Assembly: GCA_965648905.1 (NCBI GenBank)
Contig: CBFGIT010000037.1
Location: 1 to 23,497 of the forward strand
DNA: 23,497 nt
Reading direction: 5' to 3'
Origin: a candidate division WOR-3 bacterium
Lineage (GTDB): Bacteria > Hydrothermota > Tepidihabitantia > Tepidihabitantales > Tepidihabitantaceae
In this document: positions 1-7,300 of the stretch, piece by piece
How the letters are laid out: every line of letters begins with the position of its first letter
How positions within the stretch are numbered: position 1 is the stretch's first letter
Translations under genes and position numbers: made by a program
Notes under the pieces: generated by a model
The model's database searches: none
The model's input: only the letters and a program-made list of their open reading frames with translations
Told to the model about the DNA's origin: nothing

Positions 1-320
1 CTGCCAGTACCACAACCCGGACACTTCACGTTGGCCGGTTTGTTCGTGCCCGGCAGAGCGGCGGGAGCAGATACGGTCCAGGTGTATACCGTTCCGTTCG
101 GGCAGTTGTGCTGGTACTTGACCGTGACGTTCGTACCGTGGCACTTGGGGCAGTGTACCGGCGCAGATTGGACGGCTGCAGCGCTGGACTTTGCGGGCCG
201 GCTTGTTGCCGGGGCCGTCTGCTCGATCGCCCGGCGCAGAGCGCCGCAGCCGGACGCAAGCCAGCAGACGGTCAACAGCAACCCGACTAGGCACGCAGGT
301 CGACGAGCACGACGCGACAT
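1..320 (-). CDS. Cys-rich zinc-ribbon-like lipoprotein, 3'-truncated by the window edge; paralogue of 322..558
   Basis: Not in the ORF track. ATG at 320-318 lies 1 nt after the TGA of 322..558 and the frame stays open to base 1: MSRRARRPACLVGLLLTVCWLASGCGALRRAIEQTAPATSRPAKSSAAAVQSAPVHCPKCHGTNVTVKYQHNCPNGTVYTWTVSAPAALPGTNKPANVKCPGCGTG... It has a basic n-region, hydrophobic h-region and LASG|C lipobox, and aligns by eye with the upstream 78-aa protein. Confidence 0.8.
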   Translation of the reverse strand, partial: MSRRARRPACLVGLLLTVCWLASGCGALRRAIEQTAPATSRPAKSSAAAVQSAPVHCPKCHGTNVTVKYQHNCPNGTVYTWTVSAPAALPGTNKPANVKCPGCGTG

Positions 321-321
321 A

Positions 322-558
322 TCAGAACGGCGCGGGGAAATACTGGCCGCAGTTGTTGCAGTAGACCCCGATTGCCGGTATGTCGGCCGAGCAGCCAGGG
401 CACTTGACGTTCTTCGGCCTGGAGCTGTCACCCGGCATTGGGCCGATGTTGCCGCCGGCCGAGTTAACGTGCGTGAATCCATCCGGACAAGAGTGCTCGT
501 AGTAGATGACCGTGTCATTGCTGCCGCATCCGCCCGGACAAGGGAAAGGGGCTGCCAT
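322..558 (-). CDS. 78-aa Cys-rich double zinc-ribbon-like protein
   Basis: AGGAGG RBS (569-564) 5 nt before the ATG. Motifs CPGGC, HSC, CPGC and CNNC give 8 potential metal ligands. A paralogue follows directly and a promoter candidate lies at 668-641. Confidence 0.85.
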   Translation of the reverse strand: MAAPFPCPGGCGSNDTVIYYEHSCPDGFTHVNSAGGNIGPMPGDSSRPKNVKCPGCSADIPAIGVYCNNCGQYFPAPF

Positions 559-640
559 CTGGTCCTCCTGATTGTTCTACCTGCTTGATTTCGAGCTCGT
601 AAGCCCGATTTCGGCCATCAGGCCTCAAGCCCATCGCGCT

Positions 641-668
641 AATGTAGCGAATCGCCAGTCGATGTCAA
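641..668 (-). promoter_or_regulatory. sigma70-like promoter for the Cys-rich gene pair
   Basis: Minus strand TTGACA (668-663), N16, TACATT (646-641). Confidence 0.6.
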
Positions 669-696
669 GCATGTCGAGACGCATGCGAATCCGCTC

Positions 697-724
697 TTGA
701 CAGGCGCTGGACGGTAACTATCAT
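697..724 (+). promoter_or_regulatory. sigma70-like promoter for the TPR-AAA+ regulator (near-leaderless)
   Basis: TTGACA (697-702), N16, TATCAT (719-724). ATG is 9 nt downstream with no SD. Confidence 0.6.
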
Positions 725-733
725 GAACCTGAC

Positions 734-3427
734 ATGTCGAGCGTGGACGAAGTGAGAGCTCGGGTTCGGGAGCTCGAGCGTGAGATGTCGCTCGCGGCCA
801 CGATCGCGGAGCGACTACGTCTGCTTAACGCGATGGGCGAGGAGCTGCTTAAGCGGAGTTATACCGAAGCACAACCGTGGTTTGAACAAGCCATCGCGCT
901 GGCTCGGAAGACGGGCTGCTACGAAGAGATGGCTCATGCGGCGAGGGTTATGGCCGAGGCGTGCTGTGATGTCCCGGAAATGGCACTGGCCGAGAAGTTC
1001 CTTGCCGTTCTCAAAGAGGCGGCCGACGCCTCAGGCACCCTGCGTCTCCGTGGTTCCTATCACTTTGTCAGCGGCTCGATTGCCATATCTCGGGGTGACT
1101 ACGAACAGGCGCGTCGGGAATACGATGAGTGTCGCCGGCTCTGGCAGGCCGATGGCTTCATCACAGGCGAGGCGTTCGTCTTGAACCAGCTCGGCAACAT
1201 CTGCGGCCAACAGGGTGACGCGGGCGGTGCCCTGGAGTGCTATCAAGATGTTCTGGCTCGAGCGAACGAACTGGGCGAGCGTGAGTTGCTGGCAACAGCC
1301 TGGAACAACGTCGGCTGGGCCTTAGTTCAACTCGGTCGATGGGAAGACGCCGTCGATTCATTCTACCGAGCGCTGGCGTTGAGTGAATCGGCTCCGGACA
1401 GCGCGCTGGTTCTCAATTCGCTGGGCGAGTTGTTCATCCGCCGCGACAAGCTGGACAAGGCAATTGACATGCTCCGCCGAGTGGTGGGCGAGTCGGGCTC
1501 GTCTGAGCACGTCCCGGCTCCAATGGTGCTCGACGCGTGCGTCAACCTCGGCCTGGCATACCAGCGTCAAGACAACGTTGCCGGCGCGGCTGCATGGTTT
1601 GAACGCGCTCTGGTGCTTGCCGACCGGAGCATGAACCACCACGACCGTGCTCGGGTACTCGCTCACATGGCGGCACTGGCCATCGCTCAGGGAGACGCAG
1701 CCCGGGCCAGCGAGCTTGCTGATGAGGCAGTGGCGCTGGCACACCGGGTCGGTGCCCGCCGGGATGAGAGCGCGGCACTGCGCATCCGGGGTCAGGCACA
1801 GGCCGCGCAGGGCAAGATCGCCGACGCCCTGGCCTCACTTGAGATGGCAATCGCCGCGGTGCAAGACGCCGAGGACGGATACGAAATGGCCATGGCCCGG
1901 TACCAGTATGGCCGTGTTCTCATCGAAGCCGACCGCCGAGAGGCAGGAGTCAGCCAGTTGAAGGCCGCGTCCCGGGTCTTCAGGAAGTTGTCGATCGTGC
2001 TTGAGGCCGAGGAGATCAACCGGCTGCTTTTTCGGCTCGAACTGCGCACGGACAACGACGTGGCTCTGCTCCAGGGCATCTCCCGACTTGTTCCACTCGG
2101 CCTTGAACCCAAAGTCATGGTTGACCAGACTCTGCGACTGATCTGTGAAGCGCTGGAGTTTGAGAGCGCGGCGGTGTTCTATCAAAATCAGCCAGTCTTC
2201 GTTCTTGGCACTCCTGACCTGGCCCACGCGATTTCGACCTTGGACGCCGGTCAAGACAGCACCCGCACACCAAAGAGCCTGAGTTGGCCGGTGAGCTACG
2301 GCCAGAACGTCGACGGTCGCATCTACCTCGAACGAAGTCGTCCTTCGAGAATCGAGCAGAGCCCGCTTGTGCTGGAAACGGTCGCTAATCTACTGGCGCT
2401 GCCCATCCAGCGCACTGCCGAGACCGCCATCAGGGTCGTGCAGGACCGGGTTGACCTTGCCGGCCTGCGGTTCAACGGCATAGTCGGTCACAGCCCGGCA
2501 ATGCTTGGTGTCCTTGCCCGGGTCTGCCACCTGGCCAGCACGGACATGAGTGTGCTTATCCAAGGCGAGACCGGAACCGGCAAGGAGCTTCTGGCCCGGG
2601 CTCTGCACGACTCCGGCCCACGTGTGGCGATGCCGTTCGTGCCGGTCAATTGCGCCGCAGTACCAGAGAACCTGCTTGAGGCCGAGTTCTTCGGCGTCGA
2701 ACGCGGTGCCGCTTCTGGTGTAGCATCACGACCGGGCAGGTTCGAGGTCGCGGGGGCTGGCACGGTTTTTCTCGACGAGGTTGGAGACATGAGTCCGGCC
2801 CTGCAGGCCAAACTGCTGCGTGTGCTCGACGACCGAACCGTGGTTCGGGTCGGCGGCCATACGCCAATCAAGGTCGAGGCCCGCGTCATCGCCGCGACCA
2901 ACCAGGACCTGAAGAAGAAGGTCGCCGAGGGTACGTTCCGCAGCGACCTGTACTACCGTCTCAACAGTGCTGAACTCTGCGTGCCGCCCTTGCGTCAGCG
3001 GTCCGAGGACATTGAGGAGCTTACCGGGCATATCATCGCGACGCTGAATCAGGAGTACCATCGCCAGGTACGAGGGGTCAGTCCCGAAGCGCTGCAGCGG
3101 CTTCGGACTTACCACTGGCCCGGCAACATCCGCGAGCTTCAACACGTACTGGAGAGGGCTGTTATTTTAGCCACGTCTGACATCCTGGAGGTTTCAGACC
3201 TGCCTTTGCCGGTCGCCGCGCCCAGCGCCGATCACCCACCGTCCTTTCGCGAGGTTCGCCGGCGCGCCCGGGCCGATGCCCGCGACGACACGGAGCGACT
3301 CGCGCTGCTGGACTGCCTCAAGCGGGCAGACGGAAACGTCACCAGGGCGGCCGAGCTTGCCGGTTACAGCCGCGCCCAGTTCTACCGGCTGATGCGCAAA
3401 TTCGGGATCAGCCGGCGGTTGGAGTAA
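734..3427 (+). CDS. TPR-repeat sigma54-interacting (bEBP-type) AAA+ transcriptional regulator with Fis-type HTH
   Basis: N-terminal TPR repeats (e.g. LNQLGNICGQQGDAGGALECYQ, WNNVGWALVQLGRWEDAVDSFYRAL) and a short GAF-like linker. Walker A GETGTGKE (2564-2587), VNCAA, Walker B FLDEVGDM, FRSDLYYRLN, WPGNIRELQHVLERA, and HTH GNVTRAAELAGYSRAQFYRLMRKFGI. Confidence 0.95.
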   Translation: MSSVDEVRARVRELEREMSLAATIAERLRLLNAMGEELLKRSYTEAQPWFEQAIALARKTGCYEEMAHAARVMAEACCDVPEMALAEKFLAVLKEAADASGTLRLRGSYHFVSGSIAISRGDYEQARREYDECRRLWQADGFITGEAFVLNQLGNICGQQGDAGGALECYQDVLARANELGERELLATAWNNVGWALVQLGRWEDAVDSFYRALALSESAPDSALVLNSLGELFIRRDKLDKAIDMLRRVVGESGSSEHVPAPMVLDACVNLGLAYQRQDNVAGAAAWFERALVLADRSMNHHDRARVLAHMAALAIAQGDAARASELADEAVALAHRVGARRDESAALRIRGQAQAAQGKIADALASLEMAIAAVQDAEDGYEMAMARYQYGRVLIEADRREAGVSQLKAASRVFRKLSIVLEAEEINRLLFRLELRTDNDVALLQGISRLVPLGLEPKVMVDQTLRLICEALEFESAAVFYQNQPVFVLGTPDLAHAISTLDAGQDSTRTPKSLSWPVSYGQNVDGRIYLERSRPSRIEQSPLVLETVANLLALPIQRTAETAIRVVQDRVDLAGLRFNGIVGHSPAMLGVLARVCHLASTDMSVLIQGETGTGKELLARALHDSGPRVAMPFVPVNCAAVPENLLEAEFFGVERGAASGVASRPGRFEVAGAGTVFLDEVGDMSPALQAKLLRVLDDRTVVRVGGHTPIKVEARVIAATNQDLKKKVAEGTFRSDLYYRLNSAELCVPPLRQRSEDIEELTGHIIATLNQEYHRQVRGVSPEALQRLRTYHWPGNIRELQHVLERAVILATSDILEVSDLPLPVAAPSADHPPSFREVRRRARADARDDTERLALLDCLKRADGNVTRAAELAGYSRAQFYRLMRKFGISRRLE

Positions 3428-3479
3428 GTCGCCTTCCCCAATTCCGATATTGAGCCTCGGATTTGATGGGATCACGCGG

Positions 3480-3496
3480 TTGGCAGTCTAATTGAC
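3480..3496 (+). promoter_or_regulatory. possible sigma54 (-24/-12) promoter
   Basis: TTGGCAGTCTAATTGAC versus consensus YTGGCACGNNNNTTGCW. GG(3482-83)-N10-GA has correct spacing but A replaces the -12 C. It lies about 50 bp after the bEBP stop. Confidence 0.3.
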
Positions 3497-3514
3497 CAAG
3501 TAGACCGTCGTCTG

Positions 3515-3916
3515 GTGGGTTTCGGAGTGCGACACACTTGCGGAATCGGCCGTTATCAGACGCTTGCGGGCAAGCCGGGTGGTCCGGATGGTCTCTGGTG
3601 TCGTCTTCCCTGCCGGGCTGAGGGGTACTGCGGTGGTTTGGGCAAGGGGAGGCGCGGGCGGATGGGCAGGGGGGTCGGCACCGGTCTGGGCCCGGGTCTG
3701 GGACCCGCGAACGCATCGGGCCAGGGTTCTGGCCGCCGAACCCCCCGGGGCGGCGGCAGGCGCAGGGGTTGCCGAAAGGACTGGGGCAGGGGAAGGCGTA
3801 ACCGCTTCGCCTGGGGCTGCCCAATGGGTTTCGGCCGGGGTCGGGGCAGGGGGTTCGGAAAGGGGAACCGTCCCCCTTACCAGCCAGGGGATGGTCATAT
3901 GGTAGGACGAAGGTAG
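3515..3916 (+). CDS. possible Gly/Arg-rich low-complexity protein (may be a non-coding repeat)
   Basis: Open frame through the 12-nt repeat giving (G-x-G-R/K)n, e.g. GRGRRNRFAWGCPMGFGRGRGRGFGKG, loosely like DUF5320-type proteins. GTG start without a clear SD; several other frames are also open. Confidence 0.2.
   Translation: MGFGVRHTCGIGRYQTLAGKPGGPDGLWCRLPCRAEGYCGGLGKGRRGRMGRGVGTGLGPGLGPANASGQGSGRRTPRGGGRRRGCRKDWGRGRRNRFAWGCPMGFGRGRGRGFGKGNRPPYQPGDGHMVGRR
3635..3874 (+). repeat. degenerate G-rich 12-nt tandem repeat (~20 units, consensus ~GGNNNNGGCAGG)
   Basis: Units in 12-nt phase from 3635: ggtttgggcaag, gggaggcgcggg, cggatgggcagg, ggggtcggcacc, ggtctgggcccg, ggtctgggaccc ... gactggggcagg ... 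ggtttcggccgg, ggtcggggcagg, gggttcggaaag. Strong G skew on the + strand. Confidence 0.65.
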
Positions 3917-3981
3917 ACTGCAGAAGGCAGAATACAGATTGCAGAGTGCAGAATGGCAGAGGTGCAGAAAAGACGAAAGTA
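3909..3981 (+). repeat. degenerate heptamer tandem array (consensus GA[A/T/G]TGCA)
   Basis: gaaggta gactgca gaaggca gaataca gattgca gagtgca gaatggca gaggtgca gaaaagac gaaagta; decays further to ~4020. Confidence 0.8.
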
Positions 3982-4110
3982 GGCAGGAGTGCGGACAAAG
4001 GCCGAAGGCAGAGTGAGAATCGACTGCCAAGATGGCTCCCGCGGACACCCGGTGCCAGCGCGGCTTTCTGATCACACCGCAATGTCGGAACTGGGGGGTG
4101 CTGGTCAGGC

Positions 4111-4138
4111 TTGTGCGACGCCGAAACCGCGCTATAAT
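4111..4138 (+). promoter_or_regulatory. sigma70-like promoter for the FG-GAP/CARDB-PorV gene pair
   Basis: TTGTGC (4111-16), N16, perfect TATAAT (4133-38). Confidence 0.6.
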
Positions 4139-4305
4139 ATCTTCAGGAGCGCGATTAGACAAATGGGAAGGTTTGCGGGACAGCATGTCCCCCGGGTTAT
4201 CAATCAGTCCGCGGCGTCAGCCGCACCATATTCAGCAGCGACAATCCAGCCCGAACCCGCTTGCCGGTCCAGGCGCTTCATCTGTCTGGTCAGAAAGGAG
4301 GGGTC

Positions 4306-7300
4306 ATGGTCGCGCTGGCAATCGTAACGGTGCTTGTCGGGCAATCAGTCCGCTGGGTTGAGACGACCCACGCCGATTTTGCCGATGGCATTATTGACCC
4401 ACAGATGTACGTCTCGTTGCGGGGTCAGTTGGAGCCTGACTCAGGTTGTGTTGAGTTCTTTTCCCGGTTTGACGTGAACAGTGACGGCTGGTACGACCTG
4501 GGCTGCTCGGACGACTCCGGGCCGAACCTGACCATCTACCTGGGCTCGCCGGCCGGGTACTTCCCGGATAACCGGTTGCAGTACCCGGTTGGGTCAGGCG
4601 GGAACATCGACCTTGCTGACTTGAACCTGGACGGCCATGCCGAGCTCATCCACTCGGGCTGGCGCGATGGACGGGTGACAATCTACTGGGGCACTCTGGC
4701 TGGGCCGTCTTCGACCGATACGACCGTGCTCGACTATGACGGCCAGGGCGAGGACGTCAGTGTCTACGACCTGGACAAAGATGCCTATCTCGACATCCTG
4801 CTCGGCTCAGGCAACGGCGTGCTCTACATCTTCTGGGGCAGCAAGGACGGTTACTCGACGAGCAATCGCTCAAGCATCAATCTCGGCCATTCGATCGGCC
4901 ACAACATCGAGGTTGCAGACCTTGACCGGGACGGGTGGGGTGACGTTGCCCTGTCGTCATGGACATGGAACGAAAACCCGATTATCTACTGGGGCCCGAA
5001 CCGGCAGCCGCGCAACACGGTGTGGCTGCCCGGTCGCTGGAACAACTTCCATGGCATCTCGGTTGCCGACCTGGACAAGAACGGCTGGCTCGACATTGTC
5101 TACACCGGCTATGATACGGTGGTGACGAGTTTCATCTACTTCGGCTCGGACTCGGGATTCTCGGTGAACTGCCGGACCGATGTTCACCCAGGTCAGTGCT
5201 ACGGCGGCAGCGCGATTGTCGACGTCAACGACGACTCCTGGCTTGATATCGTGTTCCTGCGCGGCAACTGGATTCACGGCGGCACCTGGAAGCCGGTCGT
5301 TTACTATAATACGCTCCGCGTACCTTACTTCAGCGATAACAACCGGGTCGACCTGGGCACAGGCACTTTCAACGCCTCAGGCGGGTTCATCGGCGACTTC
5401 GACCGCGACGACATCAACGACATCTTTGTTAACAACATGATTAATGACGACTCAAGCTACATCCTCTGGGGCCCGGAGTACCTGCGGCGCACGGCCCTGC
5501 CGAGTGACATGGACCATCACGGTGTGTTCCGCGAGCCGGGCAATGTCTACGACCGAAGCCTGACCGCGTACTACCGTTCGTCGGTCTTTGATGCCGGCGA
5601 CAGTGCCCGGCTGATGGACGGAGCCTGTCGCTGGATGGCATTCGAGCCGCCCGGGTCAAAGGTCCTGGTGGCGTGCCGGAGCGGCAATGTCCCGGTTCCG
5701 GATTCGACCTGGGCCGAGTTCGGCTTTGTCGATTCGATAACCGGCCGGATTCCGGACAACTGCCTGGGCGGCCGGTACCTGCAGTACGAGGTCGTATTCC
5801 GTTACCTTTGGCCCTGCTTTCTGCCGAACCTTGAGCGAATCGAACTCGACCTCGTGCTCGGGCCCAGGCCGTTTGCCGACGTCGGCGCAACCGACATCCT
5901 CATTCCGCAAGCGACCGTGGATTCGGGGATTGTGGTCGTTCCGGCCGCGGTCGTGCACAACTTCGGGACTCAGTCGAGCAATTTCACGGTGCGGATGCGC
6001 ATCGGGCCGGACTATGACGACTGGGCCTTTGCGACCTTGACACCCGGTCAATCAGACACAGTGACGTTTGCTCCCTGGTCTTCAACCCGGCGCGGGACCT
6101 GGCCGGTCAAATGCAGTACGGCGCTTGCGAACGATGCTAACCCGGGGAACGACGCGTGCTCCAGCTCGGTCGCGGTGCGGGTGGAAGACGTTGCTGCGGT
6201 GCGCATCATCGCTCCGGTCGGCACGATGTACGAGCAGGACACAGTCACGCCCCGGGCAGTAGTCCGCAATCTCGGCACCGAGACAGCATCCTTTCCGGTC
6301 GATTTCCGGGTCGGCGACGTCTATCTCGACCACGCCATCGTTTCAGAACTCGCCCCGGACTCCGAAGCGGTCGTCTCGTTCCGTCTCTATCGTGCTGAAC
6401 CGGGGACATACGTTGTCGCCTGTACGACCGCGCTTGTCACCGACATGATTGCCGCCAACGACAAGGTCGAGGACACGGTTCGCGTGCTCAGCCGACCGGT
6501 CTTCGACGTCGGCGTCACCGCGATTCTTGCACCAATTGACACGGTTGACTCCGGCTCAACTGTCCGGCCCCGGGCAGTGATTCGGAACTTCGGGACCCAG
6601 CCGGCATCGTTCTCTGCCAGGTTCTACGTCGGGGATTCCTACGCCGACGAGCAGCCGGTCCGGCTCAACGCCAGTGAGCTTGATACGGTTGAGTTCACCT
6701 CCTGGACTGCGTTCGAGTGCGGGCCGTTACCGGTTCGCTGCACCGTTGCATACGTCGATGACTCAAACCCCGCCAACGACCAGATGCAGGCAACGGTCGT
6801 GGTCATGCCGTTGCCGGTCTTTGACGTGGCGGTGTCCGCGATTGTCGCACCTGCCGGAGTGCTCGATTCCGGCACGGTAGTCGTGCCCCGGGCAGTGGTG
6901 CGCAATCTGGGCAACCGGCCTGCGAACTTCCCGCTGCGATGTTACATCGGTCTTGGCTACTTTGACGAGCAACCAGTCAGGCTTGATCCGGGTCGGGCCG
7001 ATACAGTGTCATTTCGTTCCTGGGCCGCATTGCCACGCGGTGACCTGGTCGTCCGATGCACGGCCGTGTACGTACTGGACCAGAACCCGACCAACGACAA
7101 GTGTGAGCAGCCGGTCTTTGTCCGGGTGCACGACGTCGCTGCGACCGCGATTCTCGCACCGGTCGGAACGGTCCCGGCCGGCTGCGAGATTGCACCCAGC
7201 GCCGTGGTGAGGAATCTGGGCAACGTGCGTGAGAGTTTTGCCGTACTCGCCCGGATTACGACCGACTATGTCGATACCACAAGCGTCAGCGGCCTGTGCC

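Noticed and set aside
31..588. 185-aa + strand ORF
   Set aside because: It is the antisense shadow of two minus-strand genes that have an RBS, a promoter and mutual homology; no recognisable motifs.
669..686. Imperfect palindrome GCATGTC-GA-GACGCATGC between the divergent -35 boxes as an operator
   Set aside because: Short and bulged, with no second copy found; cannot be separated from chance.
3635..4020. CRISPR array interpretation of the repeats (also 22867-22936)
   Set aside because: The units are 7 or 12 nt, tandem and degenerate, with no unique spacers and no cas genes.
3408..4186. Long minus-strand ORFs 3408..4082 and 3488..4186, and + strand 3564..3905
   Set aside because: They are open because of the GC-rich 12-mer and heptamer repeats (FCTLQSVFCLLQS-type translations); no RBS or family features.
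4261..4305. Upstream TTG start for the FG-GAP protein
   Set aside because: The strong AAAGGAGG RBS and signal peptide point to ATG 4306.
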